64,000 nucleotides of DNA from a virus, in the IMG/VR virus record IMGVR_UViG_3300027984_000001. The stretch is one strand, 5' to 3'. How positions within the stretch are numbered: the stretch's first letter is position 1; the number at the start of each line of letters is the position of its first letter. Position numbers and translations under genes: made by a program. The notes beneath the pieces were generated by a model that was not told where the DNA came from, did not search any database, and was given only the letters and a program-made list of their open reading frames with translations. Shown here one piece after another: positions 53,161 through 60,909 of the stretch.

Positions 53161-55042
53161 CATCTTCAATGTTATTATTGTATTTTTTTACAATTAGACC
53201 AACAGCCGTCTTGCTTAATCCTGTTTCAGCGGCGATTTGACGTATGGATAATGATTGTTTACGCAATTCCATAACTCTACTGTCCCGACTGTCCTCTTGG
53301 GACGCCGAAAAACTGTCCCGGACGCTGTCCTGAGCACTTGGGACGCTGTCCCGACCGTCCCGTACACTGTCCATGCCATATAGTGGGACGATTTTGGGAC
53401 GCATAAACGGAATAACATTACCAATCTTATCTGCCCATGTATTTTTTGATATTTCAACTTCTAGTTGTTCATAATCATTTTGTTCTATTGGCGGCTCATC
53501 CATCAATGATATCTTATCGGCAATGGCCTTCACACGAAACGCAACCCCACGCCCATCTACAAAATACCCCATGCCGCGAATAAACGATTCATATTTAAAA
53601 TACAATTCTCCACGCCGCATTAAAGCCGCCGCTTGCCGGTTCCCATTGCCTAAAATGACCATTGATTCTTTTTCAGATTCAACCGGTAGGCATACCCGAC
53701 AACGAAAATTGCAAGTTATAGACTTGTCAATAGCGTTACCGTCAGGGCGTTGAGATGCTAAAACTATAAGAATATTAAATCCCCGCGCTATTCGCGCAGA
53801 CTTTACAAGAATATCCTTTATCTCTGGATAATCATCTATCACCGTGTCTATTTCGTCAATAACCAGCAATAGCGGCGTAAATTCCGCTAATGGATCTTTA
53901 GCTCTTACGGCCCGGCGCTCATTTATAATACCTTCAAAAAACACCATATTATCCATAAGCGTATCTTCATTAATGACTACATCTTTTAGTAAATGCGGTA
54001 AATCATTGAATAACCCAAGATCATGTTTTACTACATCTATAATCATCATTTGTAAAGTTTCAGGCGTATTTTTGTATGCCAATCCAAGTATTAAAGAGAA
54101 TAACCATGTAGTTTTACCCATGCCGGTTGAACCCGCAACCAATAGATGATTGTTATTAAATAAATCAACATTTATCGGTTGACCGTTTGTATCCACCCCG
54201 ACAGGGATTAAAAGCGGGTTGTGCATAAAATTTTGGTCATCCAACAATGTATCAAAGTTTATTGCGTTAATCTTTTCTTTTGGCTTGTTAACCAACAATG
54301 TAATAAGCCCATCTTCGTGTTCTCCAAAGTTGACGACGCTTGCATCCTGTTTCAACGCAAGCGCCAGTTCATTCTTTAATCCCATGATTTGGCCTACCTT
54401 ACAACCCGGCCCCGGCTGAATATAATACTTACGTGCCGCGTTACCATCAACAGACTTAACCAGACGGGCATTAATACCCATCTGATCAAATACACCCTGT
54501 ATCGGATGTTGTTTAATAATATTCCTCTCCGTTGATGGACGCGCCATAATTGTATTGACTTGACGGGAATCTGTGGGCCGCTGTCCGCCTGTAGGCCCGC
54601 GCATTGCGTGACCTTTGCGGATGCGGGCGTACGCCGCGACTAATTTCATACGCCCCCGGTAAAAAGGGATTAATACCGCAACCCCAGCAATTATATACAT
54701 ACCAAGTGGGCCAAACCATCCCATAATAATAATACTAATAATATATGGGATTGCGCCAAATAATGCAGATTGCCATACGCTTAATGCCGCGCATACCAGC
54801 AGACCCACCACAAACATAAGTAAATATTTTATCGGATGCCAATACGTAAACTGCATGTACAATCCCCATCCCAAAAATACCACTAGCCCATAGCGGGCAA
54901 TCCCAAAACAATAAACGAATAAAGTATTTAAGTTCGCCCCCGCTGTACCCGTGCCTTTCCCTGTTAGACATCCAACACATCCAATAACCATCAATATAAT
55001 GATTAACCAGCGGAATAGTGGGCTTTCGTTCCTATAACTCAT
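53150..55042 (-). CDS. FtsK/SpoIIIE-family (TraB-like) membrane DNA translocase with C-terminal HTH
   Basis: N-terminal TM helices. Walker A GSTGMGKT and Walker B LLVIDE. C-terminal HTH LSIRQIAAETGLSKTAVG. Confidence 0.85.
   Translation of the reverse strand: MSYRNESPLFRWLIIILMVIGCVGCLTGKGTGTAGANLNTLFVYCFGIARYGLVVFLGWGLYMQFTYWHPIKYLLMFVVGLLVCAALSVWQSALFGAIPYIISIIIMGWFGPLGMYIIAGVAVLIPFYRGRMKLVAAYARIRKGHAMRGPTGGQRPTDSRQVNTIMARPSTERNIIKQHPIQGVFDQMGINARLVKSVDGNAARKYYIQPGPGCKVGQIMGLKNELALALKQDASVVNFGEHEDGLITLLVNKPKEKINAINFDTLLDDQNFMHNPLLIPVGVDTNGQPINVDLFNNNHLLVAGSTGMGKTTWLFSLILGLAYKNTPETLQMMIIDVVKHDLGLFNDLPHLLKDVVINEDTLMDNMVFFEGIINERRAVRAKDPLAEFTPLLLVIDEIDTVIDDYPEIKDILVKSARIARGFNILIVLASQRPDGNAIDKSITCNFRCRVCLPVESEKESMVILGNGNRQAAALMRRGELYFKYESFIRGMGYFVDGRGVAFRVKAIADKISLMDEPPIEQNDYEQLEVEISKNTWADKIGNVIPFMRPKIVPLYGMDSVRDGRDSVPSAQDSVRDSFSASQEDSRDSRVMELRKQSLSIRQIAAETGLSKTAVGLIVKKYNNNIEDEAE
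53280..53401. repeat. array of 12 GGGAC(G/A)/CTGTCC(C) motifs inside the ftsK-like gene
   Basis: 7 direct CTGTCC(C) copies plus 5 inverted GGGACG copies within 122 bp, including GGGAC-GCT-GTCCC palindromes. GC-rich island in an AT-rich gene. Confidence 0.7.
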
Positions 55043-55064
55043 TTAAACACCTCCCTTCATTTTC

Positions 55065-55427
55065 TTATGAAAATAACTTTCTGTGGGCATATTCAGATAA
55101 AGTTTCTCCGCAATCCTGAGCACGCATTTTTAATTCTATTTTTTCGTCTGGAGTAAGGCGCATTCTTAAAAAATCTGACGCTGTCTCCCTAACCTTCTCA
55201 AGTCCATAAAATGGATATAAATTTTTAGGCATAGGCGCACCCATAAGTTTACGCGGATGCAAACCAGTATACGGTTTAAAATCTTTTTCTGTTATTACGC
55301 GAAATGGGTCAATGCTAATCGCTACTAGCCTATTCCCTTTATTGCGGGATACCCCCGCAAATTCTAAAATATATTCAGTGGGGAGTGATTTTACTCCCCA
55401 TACATTGACAACCTTCAATTTTCCCAC
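55065..55427 (-). CDS. MobC-like ribbon-helix-helix protein
   Basis: C-terminal MRLTPDEKIELKMRAQDCGETLSEYAHRKLF. GTG start. Confidence 0.55.
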   Translation of the reverse strand: MGKLKVVNVWGVKSLPTEYILEFAGVSRNKGNRLVAISIDPFRVITEKDFKPYTGLHPRKLMGAPMPKNLYPFYGLEKVRETASDFLRMRLTPDEKIELKMRAQDCGETLSEYAHRKLFS

Positions 55428-55549
55428 TCCCCCTCTAACACCTTAATTGTAGCGGCATATGCCGCAATCTTGCCCTTATAATACCGCGCCAGTTCCGGCA
55501 TTGCCAAATCATTTTTCAGATAATCGGCAAGCCCCTGTGCTTTTATCAT
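55415..55549 (-). CDS. hypothetical protein (44 aa)
   Basis: ATG ORF overlapping the next start. Below the ORF cutoff. Confidence 0.35.
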   Translation of the reverse strand: MIKAQGLADYLKNDLAMPELARYYKGKIAAYAATIKVLEGEWEN

Positions 55550-55574
55550 CTCTTTTTCAATTTGCCCGATCGCG

Positions 55575-55763
55575 TCAAGATTCAATGTCCACGTCCTCCT
55601 CTATCAATTCGTCTTTCATGATACGCAATGCTTGGGTTAACCCATCTAATACGGCCCGATAGTAATCTGCCAACCATCCCGCTGTAAATCTTTTAATGTC
55701 ATTATCTGTTACTTGAATCAGATGTTCAATCCGGTTAATCGCGTTATCATTTATCAATGTCAA
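55575..55763 (-). CDS. hypothetical protein
   Basis: 62-aa co-directional ORF. Confidence 0.5.
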   Translation of the reverse strand: MTLINDNAINRIEHLIQVTDNDIKRFTAGWLADYYRAVLDGLTQALRIMKDELIEEDVDIES

Positions 55764-55926
55764 TCACCGTTTCTTGTAATAGCATCCGCAATATAAATTT
55801 ACGCGCGTCAATGGTTCCCTTCATGTAAGACCGCATAAACTCAGATTCCCATTTGTCAATATCCGTTTCATCAGATACAATGAGATGTTCTAATGTTTCA
55901 ACCACCCTATAATTGATATACTTCAT
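55747..55926 (-). CDS. hypothetical protein (59 aa)
   Basis: GGAGGA SD 8 nt before ATG 55926. Confidence 0.5.
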   Translation of the reverse strand: MKYINYRVVETLEHLIVSDETDIDKWESEFMRSYMKGTIDARKFILRMLLQETVIDIDK

Positions 55927-56007
55927 TTTTTTATTCCTCCCATTTAATAATATTTTTGGCTATCCTCATGTAATGCAATATTTTGAGCAGATATCTAATG
56001 TCAGTTA

Positions 56008-56301
56008 TTATTCGTCCATCACCTCGCAATACGGCTCCGGCCATACACCATGGTACACATATCCTACCGACGGATGATACCCCGGCTTGACAATAACGTC
56101 CGCGTTTACCGCACATATTTTTTTATACAAGACTAAAGGCTCTGATATATAGGCTTCACGCGCAATGCGTATGCCGTTGTGGATCTGGTTAACCCATAGC
56201 CATTCGTTTCTTTCGTCTAAAGTTTCAAACCCATGTAAAATCACATGATCCTCTATATTGTTTATCTCCAACCCGCCGAGCTGTTCAAGCGCATAATACA
56301 T
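56008..56301 (-). CDS. hypothetical protein
   Basis: Start at MYYALEQ after an AAGGA SD. Confidence 0.5.
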   Translation of the reverse strand: MYYALEQLGGLEINNIEDHVILHGFETLDERNEWLWVNQIHNGIRIAREAYISEPLVLYKKICAVNADVIVKPGYHPSVGYVYHGVWPEPYCEVMDE

Positions 56302-56449
56302 AACACACATCCTTTATCAATATTGCAATTTGTTAAGGCTGTTTTGTTCAGCATTTCGCCCTATGCACTGGCCGGGCGCGGCCCGATTATATCCTACCGC
56401 CCCACTGGCTATTAAGCGGCGGCGGGGCGTTTTTATCACTTTTTTTGAG

Positions 56450-56632
56450 TTATTCCAATGGATTTTTGTATTTGTGGATTATTATCCTATATTCATTACC
56501 GGCTGTCGTGCTATAAATTGTTTCTGTGACAAAGTTATCGTCATTTTGTACTTTCAATTTGACGCCGGGGATTAACCTAATTGCATTTTGCACGGCGCGA
56601 GTGAATGAAACAACGTCATCCTTAATTTCCAT
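56450..56632 (-). CDS. hypothetical protein
   Basis: 60-aa ORF overlapping the upstream stop. Confidence 0.45.
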   Translation of the reverse strand: MEIKDDVVSFTRAVQNAIRLIPGVKLKVQNDDNFVTETIYSTTAGNEYRIIIHKYKNPLE

Positions 56633-56873
56633 TTTGTTCCTTCAGCATATCCACACTATATAAATTTGCTATTCTCTTTTGTTTACCGATTCCCAGTTCA
56701 GCCCAAAATTTCGTATTATATTGCTGGCGTTTGACCTTTGCCGGTTCCATTTCGGCACTAATTATTTTACACATTTTATCGCTGATCTTTTCGGCTATAG
56801 CCGTTACCATTTCTTGATGGTATCCGCACGGCTTTTTCACGCCTGTAAAATACGTGACTTTCATTTTTTTCAT
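56622..56873 (-). CDS. hypothetical protein
   Basis: 83 aa. AGAGAGG SD. Confidence 0.5.
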   Translation of the reverse strand: MKKMKVTYFTGVKKPCGYHQEMVTAIAEKISDKMCKIISAEMEPAKVKRQQYNTKFWAELGIGKQKRIANLYSVDMLKEQNGN

Positions 56874-56924
56874 ATTTATAACCTCTCTTTGTTTGTGGTA
56901 TTGGAAGGGCTTTTCAGCCCTTCC

Positions 56925-57056
56925 TTATTCCTCGTCGTAATCCGATTCATTTAAATCGTGCTCGTATTTTTCATACAACCAAGCTTCGCGCCTTCTTAAC
57001 CTGTCATACGGCGTCTCACCTGTATCCTCCATCCATGTAATATCATAACTTGTCAT
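56925..57056 (-). CDS. small acidic protein (43 aa)
   Basis: AGGGAGG SD behind promoter cassette 57088-57127. Followed by stem-loop 56903-56924. Confidence 0.45.
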   Translation of the reverse strand: MTSYDITWMEDTGETPYDRLRRREAWLYEKYEHDLNESDYDEE

Positions 57057-57087
57057 TTTGCAACCTCCCTTATTGTCTATCTAATAT

Positions 57088-57127
57088 ATTATATGCTAAT
57101 TATATCAGCGTGTTACACATAATACAA
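57088..57127 (-). promoter_or_regulatory. early promoter cassette (tandem)
   Basis: TTGTAT-17-(TG)ATATAAT and GTAACA-17-TATAAT. Confidence 0.6.
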
Positions 57128-57141
57128 ATTAAACTTTGATT

Positions 57142-57171
57142 AAAAAAAGCGGCTTATAAATTTAAACCGCT
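57142..57171 (-). terminator. intrinsic terminator
   Basis: AGCGG/CCGCU stem followed by U7, which merges into the cassette UP element. Confidence 0.5.
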
Positions 57172-57555
57172 TTTGATGACTGGCCAATAATTAATGACCA
57201 TATGATAACCTGCATACCATAATGTAAATATAACCATATACCTAATAAGCGGCGCAATGAACGGAAGTTCACCTCTGATAATCCACCACAACCGGCTTGA
57301 TGCTTTTTTTCTTTGATTGCAATTTACACAGGCCGTTGTCAGGTTAGATAAATTGTTTACCCCGCCCGAATACCAGCGATATTTCCAGCGCAACCAGCGG
57401 GATTCCTGAACGGCATGAATACTGTGGATATGATCAATCTGAATATTATTTTTATTAAGTAATAGCTTACCACAATAGGCACAAAAATACGGCCCTCTGT
57501 GCACTTTAAAATATTCATATCGGCAGTTATCAGCACGAACATACTTATAATTCAT
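57154..57555 (-). CDS. HNH endonuclease with C-terminal hydrophobic tail
   Basis: CAYCG...IDHIHSIHAV...CVNCNQRK. Confidence 0.7.
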   Translation of the reverse strand: MNYKYVRADNCRYEYFKVHRGPYFCAYCGKLLLNKNNIQIDHIHSIHAVQESRWLRWKYRWYSGGVNNLSNLTTACVNCNQRKKASSRLWWIIRGELPFIAPLIRYMVIFTLWYAGYHMVINYWPVIKSGLNL

Positions 57556-57766
57556 TTACCTTTGGTTCCCATAAAAAACAATTTATTCTAACATACTCAT
57601 TTGTGGGTAAAACGCCGCATGTTTTCCTTTTGGCGCAATTATTACAGTTGTTTAATTTAGCGATATTATTTGTATTCTGTTTAAACCAACAACAGTTGCA
57701 TGTACACCCGGCCCATAATTCTAGCCCAGATTTTACCTTTTGGGAATATTCTCCATCTATTGTCAT
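57545..57766 (-). CDS. Cys-rich hypothetical protein
   Basis: 73 aa with 9 Cys. Confidence 0.5.
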   Translation of the reverse strand: MTIDGEYSQKVKSGLELWAGCTCNCCWFKQNTNNIAKLNNCNNCAKRKTCGVLPTNEYVRINCFLWEPKVNEL

Positions 57767-57957
57767 AATTCCTCCTCCATGACAACTAATCTTTTATGAT
57801 ATGCTTTTAAAATCTTGTCACATGTACACAACATCGGAGATGTTTCATGATTAGCAATTCTATAAATTGTAGAAAAGCTAACCCCTGTCATAGCCGCAAC
57901 GTCACGCAATGTTTGACCTGAATCTAATATCCTATTTAGAAATTTGTAAAAATCCAT
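57763..57957 (-). CDS. HTH DNA-binding protein
   Basis: 64 aa. LRDVAAMTGVSFSTIYRIAN HTH. Confidence 0.55.
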   Translation of the reverse strand: MDFYKFLNRILDSGQTLRDVAAMTGVSFSTIYRIANHETSPMLCTCDKILKAYHKRLVVMEEEL

Positions 57958-57975
57958 ATCACCCCTCCAAACATT

Positions 57976-57981
57976 ATTATA
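57976..57981 (-). promoter_or_regulatory. -10 box TGCATATAATAATG upstream of the HTH gene 57957
   Basis: Same -10 box family. Weak -35. Confidence 0.4.
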
Positions 57982-58001
57982 TGCAAAAATGCAACAAATA
58001 A

Positions 58002-58595
58002 TTACGCGAACATAGATTCCCTAATCTTTTTGACGGCCCTTAGCCTTATTTGACCGACATTAGATTTTGAGCATCCAAGTATAGCGGCGATTTCCTTTTC
58101 GCTCTTATCCTGAACATACATCATATTGATAACGTATTTATATTTTTCGCTTAAACATTCAATGGCCTTTGCTAACAAAATCTTGTCAATCCATTGGTCT
58201 GCGTTCTGTTTCGGATCTTCCGTTGATTCCAGTATGGATTGATACTCTCCAGATTCTGCGCCTATAGTATACTCGCTAACTTCATTCCCCCAGCGTTGTT
58301 CCTTGCGCAAATAAAGGATAATTTCATTTGTAATAAGCCGCGTTGCATAGGTTGAAAAATGGACGCTCTTTTCAAACTTGAACGTATTTATTGCATTTAA
58401 TAAGCCTACATTACCGATTTGAACTAAATCTTCAAAGGTTGCGCTAATGCCGTTATATTCATATTTATGCGCAATCTTAGCAACCAACCTTTGATTGTGT
58501 TCAATGAATAAATCGCGAGCTTTTAAATCGCCCTTTTGCGCTTTATAAAGCAACGCGTTGTTTTCTTCCAATGATAGAACCTCCATGTATTTCAT
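58002..58595 (-). CDS. sigma-70 family RNA polymerase sigma factor (sporulation-sigma-like size)
   Basis: Region 2 (DLVQIGNVGLLNAINTF...YATRLITNEI) and region 4 (EKEIAAILGCSKSNVGQIRLRAVKKIR). Confidence 0.8.
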   Translation of the reverse strand: MKYMEVLSLEENNALLYKAQKGDLKARDLFIEHNQRLVAKIAHKYEYNGISATFEDLVQIGNVGLLNAINTFKFEKSVHFSTYATRLITNEIILYLRKEQRWGNEVSEYTIGAESGEYQSILESTEDPKQNADQWIDKILLAKAIECLSEKYKYVINMMYVQDKSEKEIAAILGCSKSNVGQIRLRAVKKIRESMFA

Positions 58596-58620
58596 GTTTT
58601 CCCCTCCCACGGGATAATAT

Positions 58621-58666
58621 ATTATATTCTATGTATTAGAATAACATAGTGTTACATGAAATACAA
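58621..58666 (-). promoter_or_regulatory. early promoter cassette (variant) driving the sigma factor gene
   Basis: TTGTAT-17-TATTCT. Box CATAGAATATAATATATT. Confidence 0.55.
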
Positions 58667-58679
58667 TTAGAAATAGATT

Positions 58680-58715
58680 AAAAATATAGCCGCCACGGGA
58701 GGTAGACGGCTATAT
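58680..58715 (-). terminator. intrinsic terminator
   Basis: 9-bp stem ATATAGCCG/CGGCTATAT followed by UUUUU. Confidence 0.6.
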
Positions 58716-58763
58716 AGGATTGCATTATGTCAAGCCTTGGGGGAGAGCGTATGCGCAATCCAT
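58680..58763 (-). ncRNA. candidate small RNA (promoter + two hairpins + terminator, no ORF)
   Basis: Promoter TGGACA-17-TATAAT (58770-58798). Stem GGATTGC/GCAATCC (58717-58761), then terminator hairpin 58684-58715 plus a U run. Only a 12-codon ORF without an SD. Confidence 0.4.
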
Positions 58764-58769
58764 ACTTAC

Positions 58770-58798
58770 ATTATATTCTATTCAAATGCATATGTCCA
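58770..58798 (-). promoter_or_regulatory. promoter TGGACA-17-TATAAT of the candidate sRNA
   Basis: Hexamers and spacing read directly. Confidence 0.45.
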
Positions 58799-58831
58799 TT
58801 ACATTTATTTTACCATATATTACATTTTATG

Positions 58832-59239
58832 TCATTTGATTTTGTTAGATAACGCATCAGCCCGGACTTGAAATCCCTTAACCATTATTTGACTATCCTT
58901 ATCATAGGCATATTTCCTGCATTCATCAATAAACATGCGCATGTGCTCATATTCAGATTTTCCTATTACCCTATTCCCTTTTGTGTAATAGGTATCCGCG
59001 TCTGACATTTCATGTTCTATAAGCATATAATAATCGGATGCCCTTTTCCCTGCTATTGGCGGCTGATTTTGTATCAATTCAAATTGCGGTTCCGGTTGTG
59101 GAAATGATTCCTTTGATAATTCATTTTTTAATGTATAAAGAGCGGCCAATATAACGGCTCTGTCCTTTGTAGGTTCTTCAAACAATAGAATAGGTATTGT
59201 TTTATCAATAGATATTATCCAATCATCAGCGGTATACAT
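58832..59239 (-). CDS. hypothetical protein
   Basis: 135-aa co-directional ORF. Confidence 0.55.
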   Translation of the reverse strand: MYTADDWIISIDKTIPILLFEEPTKDRAVILAALYTLKNELSKESFPQPEPQFELIQNQPPIAGKRASDYYMLIEHEMSDADTYYTKGNRVIGKSEYEHMRMFIDECRKYAYDKDSQIMVKGFQVRADALSNKIK

Positions 59240-59242
59240 TTT

Positions 59243-59368
59243 TCACCGCCTAAATACTGAGACGCTATATAAAATAGCCGCCAGTAGAATAGCAACTAAC
59301 ATGACCACAAGAAACAATGCCGCATTGCTTAAATACAAATCTCCAATATATGCCGCTGTCTCACTCAT
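59243..59368 (-). CDS. small membrane peptide (41 aa)
   Basis: AGAAGGTGA SD. TM LFLVVMLVAILLAAILY. Confidence 0.45.
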   Translation of the reverse strand: MSETAAYIGDLYLSNAALFLVVMLVAILLAAILYSVSVFRR

Positions 59369-59397
59369 TTGTTCACCTTCTAAAAATCCCGCTGATT

Positions 59398-59970
59398 CTA
59401 TATCGGCGGGATATCCTTGTATAAATGCTTTAATTTTTTACGGAACAAGTTTTGTATTTCTGTCTGCATCCCTATAACCTGTGCTGAATCATACTCCATA
59501 AAAGACAACTGATCTCCTATTTTAGATATAAAGGCGTATTCTTCCGCCACATCATTAATTATTTTTTGTATCAATCCATAATCTGACATATCGTTACTTT
59601 CGACAAGCGCCTTGCCGATTTGACTATATAGATTAAGTGTATCGGCTTCCCATTTAAGGTATTCACTGTAGGCAGATTGGAGAATATGCCATTTCTGATT
59701 AGACGATAATTGACTTTGTTTCCTGCCATTAATTAATGATTCTATTAAATTTATATCGTTTGTGGATTTGTCTTGCGGGATATATCCATACATAGTTATG
59801 ATATGCCCTTTAACCTGACGTTTTGTATATCCTTCCTCAATATACTGATAATTATGTTGTTCAGCAAAACCGACAAGGGCCAAAAATAAAAATAAATCTC
59901 GGTTTTGCGAATGAAATATTAATGCGTTTGTTAGTCTATCGTCAGCCTGAATTAATAACTCAAGGCTCAT
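59398..59970 (-). CDS. hypothetical helical protein (weak ferritin-like resemblance)
   Basis: 190 aa. LALVGFAEQHNYQYIEE is reminiscent of ferritin helix B, but the iron ligands are not clearly conserved. Confidence 0.5.
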   Translation of the reverse strand: MSLELLIQADDRLTNALIFHSQNRDLFLFLALVGFAEQHNYQYIEEGYTKRQVKGHIITMYGYIPQDKSTNDINLIESLINGRKQSQLSSNQKWHILQSAYSEYLKWEADTLNLYSQIGKALVESNDMSDYGLIQKIINDVAEEYAFISKIGDQLSFMEYDSAQVIGMQTEIQNLFRKKLKHLYKDIPPI

Positions 59971-59971
59971 T

Positions 59972-60763
59972 TTATCGCATTCCTACATTAACTCCGGTTC
60001 CAAGTATCCCGCGTTTTGCCTCATTTTCCGTTCGTGTTATTTCTAATGCCGCCCGCGCTTCATTCACTCCACGTAAATAATTTTCATTTGCTATGCGTTC
60101 TTGCTCTATCTTTTTAGCTTCGGCACGTCTGGCCGCATCATTAACCACTTCCGCTTCCGTTTCCATCTCCATACGTGGATTATCTGAGCGCATATCATTG
60201 GATGGGGTTGTTTTAGCTTCTCCACGAACAAAACGCCCTGTACGCCTACTTCTTTTAGGCAATCGACGTGCGGCTTCCATTCCTCCATCAGCTTCATACT
60301 CTTGCTCATATTCGTTCCCATTGGATCTATATTCCATTTCCTGACGGGCCGTTCTACGCGCTTCATCCCGTGCCGTTTCCATTATTTCTGCCAGCATTTC
60401 ATCCATATTAACATTATCATAATCCGATCTGTATCCACGTCTGCCACGTTCGGTTCCCGGCATGCCCCTTCTCATTTTTGAAGGTTCATGATATTCCTGA
60501 CCATCGTTTCTGTATTCATCATAACTATTTCTATATTCATTTTTTCTTAACTGTGGTAATGGCCCCGGAAAAATATTCTGCCATGAAAAGGGTTGCTGAC
60601 TTCCAGACTTAAAGCCTATAGGCTGTTTACCGTCCCCGCCCATATATCGCTGTAATACGTCCTTTAACCCAGTGTCTTTTATTTCACACAACAAATTAAG
60701 AACCTCAGTAAATACAGCCCCTGCTGATAGATTGGCGATTGCCTGAGCATCCCGCATCTCCAT
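59972..60763 (-). CDS. highly charged Arg/Glu/Tyr-rich protein; possible N-terminal extension from ATC 60844
   Basis: 263 aa. 27 in-frame upstream codons (IEDLKKLIKRLESELAEYETKL) lie behind an AGAAGG SD. Confidence 0.55.
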   Translation of the reverse strand: MEMRDAQAIANLSAGAVFTEVLNLLCEIKDTGLKDVLQRYMGGDGKQPIGFKSGSQQPFSWQNIFPGPLPQLRKNEYRNSYDEYRNDGQEYHEPSKMRRGMPGTERGRRGYRSDYDNVNMDEMLAEIMETARDEARRTARQEMEYRSNGNEYEQEYEADGGMEAARRLPKRSRRTGRFVRGEAKTTPSNDMRSDNPRMEMETEAEVVNDAARRAEAKKIEQERIANENYLRGVNEARAALEITRTENEAKRGILGTGVNVGMR

Positions 60764-60872
60764 TTTGCCGCCAGAACTTAACTTCGTTTCATACTCCGCG
60801 AGTTCACTTTCTAACCTTTTAATTAATTTTTTTAAATCTTCGATTGTTAAAACCTTCTTTCGTGCATATAAT

Positions 60873-60897
60873 ATAAAAGGCGGGCAAATACCCGCCC
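60873..60897. terminator. bidirectional intrinsic terminator
   Basis: GGCGGG/CCCGCC stem flanked by A and T runs. Confidence 0.65.
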
Positions 60898-60909
60898 TTT
60901 ATTTTTTAT

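Noticed and set aside
60844-60897. Plus-strand TTGTTA-17-TATAAT (60844-60872) with a GCATATAAT-like box.
   Set aside because: The transcript would run straight into the bidirectional terminator after about 10 nt. The match is probably a by-product of the AT-rich palindromic box and SD region.
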